Below are positions 7,258 to 15,545 of a stretch of 39,393 bases of DNA, in pieces. How positions within the stretch are numbered: position 1 is the first letter of the stretch; every line of letters starts with the position of its first letter. Origin of the DNA: Thermoanaerobaculia bacterium. Its GTDB lineage: Bacteria > Acidobacteriota > Thermoanaerobaculia > Multivoradales > UBA5704. The stretch spans positions 1-39,393 of the forward strand of contig JBGAGQ010000060.1 in assembly GCA_044226625.1 (NCBI GenBank). The letters are read 5' to 3'. The translations under genes and the position numbers were made by a program. Below the pieces are notes generated by a model. It did no database searches and was not told where the DNA came from. It was given only the letters and a program-made list of their open reading frames with translations.

Positions 7258-7500
7258 CCACATAGACGCGCCTTATCGCCCACAAACCGCAATGCGATTT
7301 ACCTTTGCAGGTGACATTCGCACAAAAAGTAGCTAGGATCGGCGCGCCTAGCCGGGAAATATCCGTCGGAAGGGGAGACGCGTGAAATCGAAACGAGAAC
7401 CGATGGAACTCACACCAAAGGGACATCGAGGTTCCCTGGCGACATTGTAGGTGCGTCGCCAACTACACAAGGTTACCTCATTCTCTTCTGAGGCGGGCAC

Positions 7501-7881
7501 ATGAAGAAGCTTGAGCTGAAAGAGGCTCGAAGGACCTACCAGAAGAGCGTCGACGCCTACTCTCACGTAGCTGCCGCCCTCAAGGCCGCCGCCCGCGCCT
7601 GCGACAGCCTTCCTCGAGCGCAACGAGCGAGGCGCCTCATCCAGACGGGCGATCGGGCGCTCAAGAAGTTGGGAAGCACGGTCGCTTTCGTGATCGAGAC
7701 GACCGACCAACTGGAGGAGCAGCAGAGGATCAACGAGTCGATTCGCCAACAGGCCGAGGACGCCGGACTGGCTTTGCGCTACGACCTTCCGGACCGGGAG
7801 GTTCTAGACCGATCCCGGCCCGATCCGAGCAACGACAGAAACCCCGGACCAAAGGACGGCGAGCATGACGACGAAGACTGA
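7501..7881 (+). CDS. Hypothetical helical protein (126 aa)
   Basis: GAGG upstream of the ATG, protein-like composition, overlaps the next ORF by 17 nt. Confidence 0.7.
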   Translation: MKKLELKEARRTYQKSVDAYSHVAAALKAAARACDSLPRAQRARRLIQTGDRALKKLGSTVAFVIETTDQLEEQQRINESIRQQAEDAGLALRYDLPDREVLDRSRPDPSNDRNPGPKDGEHDDED

Positions 7882-8203
7882 GAGCTCCGGATCGGGTCTG
7901 CCGAGCATGAACGAAGACATGGAACGCATCAGCGCCGCTCCCCGGGAAGGCACGGCCGAGATCGAGGACGAGTTGGACCTCGTCACTCAACTCCAATATC
8001 TCTCCGAGCTGCTTCTGATCAAGGCGCCCACGCACACCCCCGAGCGCGCGGAGCGGCTCGAAGATCTGGGAAACCTGGCCCGATTCGCGGGCTGGGAGCT
8101 GGAAGACGAGATGCTCTCCAAAGGCCGCCGCGCCGAGCCCGAAGCGCCGGAACCCGAGCCTCGAGAGGCCCGGAGGATTCCGTTCAATCGGCGACCTTCT
8201 TGA
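7865..8203 (+). CDS. Hypothetical acidic protein (112 aa)
   Basis: ATG ORF coupled to the previous gene; Glu/Leu-rich helical core. Confidence 0.65.
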   Translation: MTTKTESSGSGLPSMNEDMERISAAPREGTAEIEDELDLVTQLQYLSELLLIKAPTHTPERAERLEDLGNLARFAGWELEDEMLSKGRRAEPEAPEPEPREARRIPFNRRPS

Positions 8204-8828
8204 GCGACCGGTATTTCTCCACCGCGGCCAAGGCGAAGCGGTAGGCGGTTTCGACCTGCGTCGCATATTCCAGCGCGAGGACATAGCGCTCCAGCCCCTC
8301 CCCCGCGCCTTCGAGCAACGAGATCACGGCATCCGGATCGTTCCCGTCGATCTCCAGCAAGCCCTGCTGGATCGGAGCGAAGCGAGCCGCCTCGCTCCGT
8401 AACGCCGAGTAAGCCTCTTCCCGGGCCGCGCTGCTCGCTTCGAAGAAGACCTCCGCTTGAGGTTTCTGCTCGCTGCTCGTCCGCTCCTCGCCCGAAGGGG
8501 TAACCCGCGAGCGGGCCGCGCGTACGGCACGCTTCAAATCGGTCGCGGGCACGTCGAACCGGGCCGCGACGTGAAGGATCGTCCGACAATGCGCTTCCAG
8601 CGCCTGCTTGTTGCCCGGCGTAGGTGCAATCTCGCCGCAGCAGGGCCGGCGCTCCGAAGGCGTAGGCTGCCAGATTCCGTCCTGCCATTCGCCGTCGGGG
8701 GACTCCTCTCGAGCCTCCCGACGAAAGAACGTAGCGATCGCCCTCTCGAGGCGAGCCTCGGGGGTGGTGGCGGCGGCGGGCGCGGCGGACTCGTGGATCG
8801 AGCGATCAGCGGCAGGGGATGCGATCAT
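8184..8828 (-). CDS. Hypothetical protein with a CC...HCRT...H putative Zn-binding domain and helical tail
   Basis: AAGGAG RBS upstream; PDGEWQDGIWQP...ERRPCCGEIAP...HCRTILHVAARFDV. Confidence 0.8.
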   Translation of the reverse strand: MIASPAADRSIHESAAPAAATTPEARLERAIATFFRREAREESPDGEWQDGIWQPTPSERRPCCGEIAPTPGNKQALEAHCRTILHVAARFDVPATDLKRAVRAARSRVTPSGEERTSSEQKPQAEVFFEASSAAREEAYSALRSEAARFAPIQQGLLEIDGNDPDAVISLLEGAGEGLERYVLALEYATQVETAYRFALAAVEKYRSLKKVAD

Positions 8829-8902
8829 TAATGGTGCTCCTTCTCGTGGCCGACTCTACAGGCTTTGTAAGTCACATATCTGAAGCGATGACTCGCGCGA
8901 AG

Positions 8903-8927
8903 ACACCTGAGTACACCTACTAGGTGT
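8903..8927. promoter_or_regulatory. Operator-like site: ACACCT direct repeat plus ACACCTA-C-TAGGTGT palindrome
   Basis: ACACCT at 8903 and 8913 (10-bp phase); 7-bp perfect arms at 8913-8927, upstream of 8184-8828(-). Confidence 0.45.
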
Positions 8928-9144
8928 TTATGCGGCGATAAAACGTGACTTGGAGATTCGACATTCTCCTCCGCGTGGAATCTCCGGCCGTAGAAATGCA
9001 GCCGGAGTGCAGAAGAGAAAGCGCCTCGCCTGTGGCGTGATCATAGTCTAAAAGCGCCGGAAAAGATAACCGAGGAGCGAATTCAAGACAAAGGGGTGAT
9101 TCATTGGGGCGCCGATCGGCAACCTCCTGGAAAATGCGCCTCCC

Positions 9145-10485
9145 TTACCCTCTTGAGGTCGAATCGCCGACTCGACCCAATCGCTCCAGAATCCGATAGA
9201 GACCGAACTTCGGCAGGCGCAGATAGCCGAACCAGGCCGCGGCGGCCAGGGTCCCCTCGGTGAGGTATTCGCGGAGCCAGTCCCCCGCTTGATGGGGATC
9301 GCGCATCTTCAAGCCGACGCCGTTTTCCACCGCCCAACGACGGTTGTAGCGCTCATGGACGCCCACCGGACGGGTGAGCACGAGCGGCAGGCCGACGGCT
9401 CCGAAGAAGACCATCTCCGAAGGTTTGGTGAACAGGAGATCGGCCTCCCCCAGAAGGGTATGAAAGCGGTCGAAATAGACGTCGTGATCGTCCTCGAGCA
9501 GGATCGAGACCGGGCGCTCCGGTGCCGCTCCCGTCGCGGACGAAACGCTCGGCGCGAGAGCCGATTCGAGCCCGGCGGCGCGCACTTCGAGGGCGAAGCG
9601 GGCGGCCACCTCACGGCGGACGCCGGCGACCAGGGTGAGGCGAAGACGTCCTTGATCGATCAGGGGGCGCAGGGCCGGCAACAGAGCCGCGGCGAGATCC
9701 GCCTGGGCTCCCGCTCCGCCAACCGCGAAGACGGCCAGCGGCGGACGCCCCTCCTGTTCCGCCGGCAGGTCGCCCAGGAAATGGGCGATCTCAGGTCCCA
9801 CCTGTTCGCGGAAAGTTCCTCTCGGATCGAGGCGCACCAAGCGAGCGCCGAGGTCGCGGCGCAGCACGGGGAGATCCTCTCCGCCGAGGCGTTCGGGCGG
9901 GAGGGGAAAGCCCGTCACCTCGATCCTCTCGCGCGGCACGCCGTAGGCGATCAGCCGGCGCCGCGCCCTGCGGGTCGGCGCGAGGTAGTTGATCGTGGTG
10001 CCGACGGGCTCGCGCGAGGCCCAGGCCCGGCTCAGATCGACGTCGGTCGCGACGCAGTAGATCTCTTCGACACCGTACCGTTCCGCGGCGAGCGCCGGGG
10101 CGAAGAACGTCGTGACGAGCGGCGCTCCGGTCTCCAGGAGATGGCGGGCTAGGCCGCGGCCGAGGCCGCGATCGATGAGGCGCCCCAGCGAGCGCGACTG
10201 GAACGTGCTACCCGACAGGTCGCGGTGCGGATAGAGCGGTGGAATCGCGGTGAGCGCCTCCAGCAGAGCCTCGAGCGGCACACCGACTCCCGGCAGTTGG
10301 GAGGCGCGCGAAGCGATCTCGTAAAACCGGCGCGAGGCGCGCCAGAGACGCTGCTCCTCGGGGCCCGCGATGGGCGCGCGGTCCACCAGGGTCACCTGGG
10401 TGCCCAACGCGTCGGCCAGCGCTCGCGCCGCCCGAAGGTGGCCGTATCCCATCTCGACCGCCGCAACGAACGGCGGAGGCGTCAC
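9145..10485 (-). CDS. GT-B glycosyltransferase, MGDG-synthase/GT28-like (~446 aa)
   Basis: GTG start at 10485 overlaps the upstream TGA (GTGA). AVEMGYGHLRAA, VATDVDLSRAW, VTGFPLP, VGGAG, DLLFTKPSE, PVGVHERYN. The extension of this ORF to 11775 is a shadow frame. Confidence 0.8.
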   Translation of the reverse strand: MTPPPFVAAVEMGYGHLRAARALADALGTQVTLVDRAPIAGPEEQRLWRASRRFYEIASRASQLPGVGVPLEALLEALTAIPPLYPHRDLSGSTFQSRSLGRLIDRGLGRGLARHLLETGAPLVTTFFAPALAAERYGVEEIYCVATDVDLSRAWASREPVGTTINYLAPTRRARRRLIAYGVPRERIEVTGFPLPPERLGGEDLPVLRRDLGARLVRLDPRGTFREQVGPEIAHFLGDLPAEQEGRPPLAVFAVGGAGAQADLAAALLPALRPLIDQGRLRLTLVAGVRREVAARFALEVRAAGLESALAPSVSSATGAAPERPVSILLEDDHDVYFDRFHTLLGEADLLFTKPSEMVFFGAVGLPLVLTRPVGVHERYNRRWAVENGVGLKMRDPHQAGDWLREYLTEGTLAAAAWFGYLRLPKFGLYRILERLGRVGDSTSRG

Positions 10486-11759
10486 CTCTCGGTCTCGTTC
10501 GCGAACGCAGGGACGGAGGCGGCGACCCCGGCTAGGGGAGGCGTCGGCGCCACGACCGGCGTGAGGCGGCTGCCCCTGCCGATGCGCAACCGGTGACCGC
10601 GCCAGCTCACGGTGCTCCGGAACCAACCGGCGCACCAGAGCGCGAAAGCGAAGCCGTCCTTCGCCGGCACCGCGGCGAGGTCGGACCACTCGACCACCCG
10701 GGGCGGGTCGGACGCCCGACGGGCCAGCGCACGGCTGAGCACGAGGTCGAGGATGATTCGTGCGGCGAGGCCCGCCGCCAGCCACGAGGCGAGATCGGGG
10801 CGCGAGATCACGGCCGCGGCGGCGCCGGCCGCGAGCAGCCAAGGCGTGGGCACGAGGAGAACCTCGCCCAGATAGGCGGCCGGCGAGAGGCTCCGGCGCA
10901 TCCCCGCCCAACGCAGATGGCGCTCGGCGAACGCTCCGAGGTCGCGCCGTTCGTGGAGCACGGCGACGACGTAAGGTGAAAGGGCCACGCGAAAGCCCGC
11001 CTCGGCGAAACGACGGCCGATCTCGTAATCCTCCGCGAGAACGTCCTTCACCCCGGCGAATCCGCCCAGGCGTTCGAGATCGCTCTTCTTGAAGAGCATC
11101 GATTTTCCGACCACGACGGGGTTGCGGGTCCAGCGCGCGACGATCGCGGCGCCGCTCACGGCGGACGCGACGAACGAGTTCCACTGGAGGTTTTCGAGCC
11201 GCGCGCCGAAACTCTTCGCTCCCACGCCGCCGAGCAGCGATCCGACCAGGCCGACCGTGGGGTCTTCGAGCTCCGCCGCGAGCGCGCGCAGGTATCCGGA
11301 GCCGGGCCGGACGTTCGAATCCGAGATCAGCAGCAGATCGTGCCGCGCGTGGACCGCGAGCGAGGCCAGGTTCGTCACCTTCGGATTCCAACCGAACCGT
11401 GGAGCGCTCGACACGACGCGGATCGCGACCTCGGGAAACGCCGCGCGCAACCGTTCCGCCACGGACAGCGCCGGGTCGTCCGGATCCTCGCAACCGAGGA
11501 TCAGCTCGAAGCGCGGGTAGTCCTGGCGCGCAAGCGCCGCGAGGTTTTCGAACAGCCCTTCGTCCAGTCCGCGCAGCGGCTTGAGCACCGAAATCGGCGG
11601 CAGCTCCTCGTCGCTCCGGCGCGGCGAGGTCTTCCGTCGCAGCGTCGCGAAGACCGCCAGCGCCGCGCCGATCGTGACGACCAGGGAGAGCGCCGCGAGA
11701 ACGGCGAGCATCCAGACGACACCGGAGGCAAAACCAGGGGCGGAGGAGAAGCTCGGCAC
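10482..11759 (-). CDS. GT2/GT21 glycosyltransferase, ceramide glucosyltransferase/HpnI-like
   Basis: N-terminal TM helix; ISVLKPLRG, QDYP, NPKVTNL, ISDSNV, GKSMLF, LAEDY, RHLRW; C-terminal TM helices. Confidence 0.9.
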   Translation of the reverse strand: MPSFSSAPGFASGVVWMLAVLAALSLVVTIGAALAVFATLRRKTSPRRSDEELPPISVLKPLRGLDEGLFENLAALARQDYPRFELILGCEDPDDPALSVAERLRAAFPEVAIRVVSSAPRFGWNPKVTNLASLAVHARHDLLLISDSNVRPGSGYLRALAAELEDPTVGLVGSLLGGVGAKSFGARLENLQWNSFVASAVSGAAIVARWTRNPVVVGKSMLFKKSDLERLGGFAGVKDVLAEDYEIGRRFAEAGFRVALSPYVVAVLHERRDLGAFAERHLRWAGMRRSLSPAAYLGEVLLVPTPWLLAAGAAAAVISRPDLASWLAAGLAARIILDLVLSRALARRASDPPRVVEWSDLAAVPAKDGFAFALWCAGWFRSTVSWRGHRLRIGRGSRLTPVVAPTPPLAGVAASVPAFANETER

Positions 11760-11955
11760 GAGAGGAGGATGGCAATCGCCGATGACGCAGAGGTCACAGG
11801 ACGACGACGAGACGGCAATTCCTCAGGGCCCGCCTGAAGATTTCACTCCACCGACATGGGCACGCCACCCCTCGGCGCGCTTTTCCAGCTAGCTTGACGC
11901 CCGTCCGCCCCAACCGGGCCCACGTCCGACCTACGACTCGAGGAGGAACCGAGAG

Positions 11956-13671
11956 ATGGCCGCACGCGTCGATCTCCACGTTCACAGCAAACATTCGAAC
12001 CGCCCGACGGAATGGCTGTTACGGCGCGTCGCCGCCGCCGAGAGCTATACCGAGCCGCTCGCGCTCTATCGCAAGGCGCGGGCTCGCGGGATGGATTTCG
12101 TCACGATCACCGATCACGACACGATCGACGGCGCGCTCGAGATCGCGCACCTGCCCGGAACCTTCCTGTCGTGCGAGGTGACCGCCGCCTTTCCCGAGGA
12201 CGGCTGCCAGATCCACCTGCTCACGTGGGGCATCACGGAGAGCCAATTCCGCGAGATCGACCGGCTCCGCGGCGACCTCTACGAGCTGCGCGACTTCCTG
12301 CGGCTCGAAGGGGTTCTCTGCTCGGTCGCCCACCCGCTGTTTCGGGTAAACGAACGGTTGACGCTCGACCACGTCGAGAAACTGCTCGTCCTGTTCAACC
12401 GATTCGAGGCGATCAACGGCATTCACGACGCGGGCGATCCAGGTCTGGTCCAAAGGCTCTTCTCCGGCCTCGACTCGGAAGCGATCCACGCCCTGGCGAC
12501 CCGCCATCGCCTGGAACCCTGGGGAGAGCATCCCTGGAAGAAGAGCTTCTCCGGAGGCAGCGACGATCACGGCGGTCATTTCATCGCGACGACCTGGACC
12601 GAGACGCCGGACGCCGCGGAGACGTTCGACTTCCTCGCCCACCTGCGCGCCGGACGGTGCGAGCCGGGCGGGGAGCCGGGCTCCAGCCGGCGCCTCACCC
12701 ACAGCCTGTATGCGATTGCGGCGGATTGGCACCGACGGTCGGTGCCGGCCTGGGCGTTCTGGGCGCGCCGAGATCCGCTGGCGAAACTGCTCGGCCATTT
12801 GGCCGCGGAGCCGGCGAAAACCGCACCGCGTTTTGCGGTCGGGGGGCGCGATCCTCTGGCACGCGCCGCGGCCGCCGGCCGGTCCGCGATCGAGGACCTC
12901 GCGAGGAAGCTCACGAAACGCCTGGCGCGCGGCGGCTTCAGCTCGGCCGCCGAGGCGTTGGGCGAGCTGGCTCCGTTGAGCCTCGCGATCGCGCCGCACC
13001 TGATCTCGTTGCGAGCCCAGCACAAGGATCGCGATCTCGTGCGCGCCGCCCGGGCGCGGTTCGGCGCGGGACCGATCCCGACAGTGCGCCGCCTCTGGCT
13101 CGTCGACGACGGGGAGGATCTCTCCTCCCCGACCGCGGCGGCGCGAAGCCTGGTGGAATCGAGCCGCGAGCGGGGAGAGGAGATCGAGGCCGCGGTGCTC
13201 GCCCCCCACGACGCGAGCGCGGCCGGCGGCGGCACCGTCGACGCGGTCCGGGTGCTCACCCCGTGGTTCCGGATGTCCCTCGACCCGGATCGCCCGGACG
13301 TGGGTCTGAGCGTGCCGCCCCTGCTCGAGATCCTCGACCTCTGCGAGCGGGAGCGCTACAGCGAGATCGTGGTCGGCGCGCCCGGCCCTCTGGGTCTCGC
13401 CGGCCTGCTCGCGGCACGCCTGCTCGGTTTGCCGCTCCTGGCGCTGGTCCGAACGGACATCCCCGCGATCGTGCAGCGGTTCACGCGGGAGGTCTTTCTC
13501 GAGGACCTCGCCCGCGACCTGGTCCGCTGGTTCTACCGCGCCGCGGACCGTCTGGTGGTGGCCACTCGGTTCGAACGAGAGCTCTTGCTGGCGGACGGCT
13601 TCGCGCCAGAGAGGATCGAGATCGCGGACGAGACGGAGCTCTGGGCCGCGCGCGGCTCCGAATCGGCCTAG
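11956..13671 (+). CDS. PHP-domain phosphoesterase fused to the N-terminal lobe of a GT4 glycosyltransferase
   Basis: GAGGAGG RBS. PHP motifs DLHVHSKHS, TITDHDT, AHP, GGSDDH. C-terminal VGAPGPLGLAGLLAARLLGLP...RTDIP...WFYRAADRLVV, then stop. Confidence 0.85.
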   Translation: MAARVDLHVHSKHSNRPTEWLLRRVAAAESYTEPLALYRKARARGMDFVTITDHDTIDGALEIAHLPGTFLSCEVTAAFPEDGCQIHLLTWGITESQFREIDRLRGDLYELRDFLRLEGVLCSVAHPLFRVNERLTLDHVEKLLVLFNRFEAINGIHDAGDPGLVQRLFSGLDSEAIHALATRHRLEPWGEHPWKKSFSGGSDDHGGHFIATTWTETPDAAETFDFLAHLRAGRCEPGGEPGSSRRLTHSLYAIAADWHRRSVPAWAFWARRDPLAKLLGHLAAEPAKTAPRFAVGGRDPLARAAAAGRSAIEDLARKLTKRLARGGFSSAAEALGELAPLSLAIAPHLISLRAQHKDRDLVRAARARFGAGPIPTVRRLWLVDDGEDLSSPTAAARSLVESSRERGEEIEAAVLAPHDASAAGGGTVDAVRVLTPWFRMSLDPDRPDVGLSVPPLLEILDLCERERYSEIVVGAPGPLGLAGLLAARLLGLPLLALVRTDIPAIVQRFTREVFLEDLARDLVRWFYRAADRLVVATRFERELLLADGFAPERIEIADETELWAARGSESA

Positions 13672-13749
13672 CCCGAGCTTCCTGGCGAGATCGGTCGAGC
13701 CTGCGGGCTCGACCGATCGGGAATTCGGTGAGAAGTTCGCGCGCGCCGC

Positions 13750-14394
13750 TCAGGCAGCGGGCGCGAGACGCGCCTCGTCGAGGCCCGAGGCGACCCGGCG
13801 AAAGATGCGGTTGCCGCGCTCCTTCAACCGGCGATAGGCGCGGGCGATGTCGAGGATCAGCAGCACGCGGACGCTCTCGCAGGAGAGCTCGCCGCGCCGG
13901 TGGGTACCGATCCGCTCGAAGCCGAGCACGCGGGTATGGAAGCCGAGCGGCGAGTGCGGATCGCTCTCGAAGACGTCGGTGAGGAAGTGGGTGTAGCCGC
14001 GCTCGACCACCTCGGCGATCGCCGCCCGCATCAGCTGCAAGGCGATCCCCACGTTGCGCCGATGGCGCGGCACGATCATGAAGCGGCCGATGTCGACGAA
14101 CCGGCCGGCGGCACGGAGCCGGTCGAGGTCCACCCCCGGCTCGAGCGTCACGCCGTAGTCGGCAGGCAGCTCGAGGTCGGGATCGTAGGACAAGCGGATC
14201 GCGCCGACCGGCTCGCCGCCGATCGTCGCGACGTACCACGACCGCGGGCCACGCTCGTCGAAGGTGGCGGGTATTTCGCTCTCGACGTCGCGGATCCAGC
14301 GCTTCTCCTGGAGGTAGACCTGCTCGAGCACGGCGAGGGCGGCGGTTCGGGTGGCGGCATCGGCGACCTTGGCGATCGAAACGGCGCTTCTCAT
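13750..14394 (-). CDS. GNAT N-acyltransferase, N-acyl amino acid synthase (FeeM/OlsB)-like (214 aa)
   Basis: ATG 14394 overlaps the LPLAT stop (ATGA); QVYLQEK, PVGAIRL, VDIGRFMIVPRHR, FHTRVLGFERIG. Confidence 0.8.
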   Translation of the reverse strand: MRSAVSIAKVADAATRTAALAVLEQVYLQEKRWIRDVESEIPATFDERGPRSWYVATIGGEPVGAIRLSYDPDLELPADYGVTLEPGVDLDRLRAAGRFVDIGRFMIVPRHRRNVGIALQLMRAAIAEVVERGYTHFLTDVFESDPHSPLGFHTRVLGFERIGTHRRGELSCESVRVLLILDIARAYRRLKERGNRIFRRVASGLDEARLAPAA

Positions 14395-15263
14395 GCGGAG
14401 TCCCTCTCGGGTTGGAGTGTGGAAGCGAAAGGTGGCGGCTGGACGTGGACCTCCGGCACGGGAGGTAGGACCCGCCTGGGTTCGGCGGCGGCGGAACGCT
14501 TTCCCGCCAGCTCGGCCAGCGCCGCGAGCGTCTTCGCGACCACCGCCTCGGCGAGACCACGACGGGCCGCGCGATCGAATCCGGCCCGGCGGAGCTGCTC
14601 CCGCTCGGCGTCGAAATGCAGGGCCTCTCCGACCCGCAGGACCGTGCGGCCCAGGCGCGGGATTCGGCCGAGCCGCGCGGCGGCCGGATAGTGGAGCCCC
14701 ACCGGCACGATCGGCGCCGAGGAGCGGAGGGCCAGCTCGCCGAGCCCACGCCGCCCGGGACGAAGTCGATCGGGGTCGCCGTTGCGCGTCCCCTCGGGAA
14801 AGAGCCCGACGCTTTCGCCTCGCGCGAGCAGGGCCAGCGTGCGATCGAGGGCGGGCTCGGTCAGGCCGGCACGGCGAGTGCGCTCGCGCCAGCGCCAGCG
14901 TGCCGGCTTGCCGAACACGGGAATCGGTTCCGACAGGCGGAGCAGGCGGCCGATTCCCGGCAGCTCCAGGTACATCCAGTCGGCGAGAAAATGGACCGGC
15001 CTGCCGCCGGCGAGCCAGATCAGCGCCGCCGGCGCGAGCAGCGCCTCCGTGGCGTTGCCATGGTTGAGCGCGAAAATGACCGGAGGCTCCGCGCTGGTGA
15101 GCCGTTCGGCTCCCTCGACTTCGAGCATCCGACCGAACGTGGCGACCAGAACGCGAAGCCAGCCGTCGCGAGCTCCGCCGCCCGAGTGCGCCAAAGGCGA
15201 AGAAAGCGCTTCGAACAGCCCGGCAACCGCTCGGCGGTCGGTGGAGGCGCGATCCGGCGACAT
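14391..15263 (-). CDS. Lysophospholipid acyltransferase (PlsC/LPLAT family)
   Basis: VIFALNHGNATE, HFLAD, GLFPEGTR, IVPVG motifs. Confidence 0.88.
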   Translation of the reverse strand: MSPDRASTDRRAVAGLFEALSSPLAHSGGGARDGWLRVLVATFGRMLEVEGAERLTSAEPPVIFALNHGNATEALLAPAALIWLAGGRPVHFLADWMYLELPGIGRLLRLSEPIPVFGKPARWRWRERTRRAGLTEPALDRTLALLARGESVGLFPEGTRNGDPDRLRPGRRGLGELALRSSAPIVPVGLHYPAAARLGRIPRLGRTVLRVGEALHFDAEREQLRRAGFDRAARRGLAEAVVAKTLAALAELAGKRSAAAEPRRVLPPVPEVHVQPPPFASTLQPERDSA

Positions 15264-15545
15264 GGCCGCGAGCTTGCCGATCCGGCGTGGAGGTCGAATG
15301 GCGCGTGGGTCGCGGTGGAGTGACGCCGAGCCTCGATCCCGCGCCGAGGGCCGAGCCGGTGCGAATCCCCAGTCCTGCGCACAGCTCCCTTCGATCCGAG
15401 GTCAATCGCGGGAGCGCCCTCATCCCACGGTAGAGAGCGAGACAGGCGTCGCCGCGCTTTCGTCAAACCGTGGTCGCCCGGGTGTGGCATGAGACGGATA
15501 GGTTCACGCCCAAGCCGAGGCACGTCACCTCGGTACCTTCCGTCC

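Noticed and set aside
7350-7450. Possible c-di-GMP-I riboswitch (GGGAAA...GACGC)
   Set aside because: Lacks a convincing GGCAAA, GNRA loop and GCAAAG arrangement or tetraloop receptor.
9145-11775. 876-aa ORF as one protein or an overlapping gene
   Set aside because: The first ~430 aa are an Arg/Gly-rich shadow frame of the GT21 gene; the real start is GTG 10485.
12012-15423. Long alternative-frame ORFs (12012-13982, 5' part of 13750-15423, and similar ones across the window)
   Set aside because: Arg/Pro/Ala-rich translations expected from stop-codon scarcity at high GC; they overlap genes with clear motifs.
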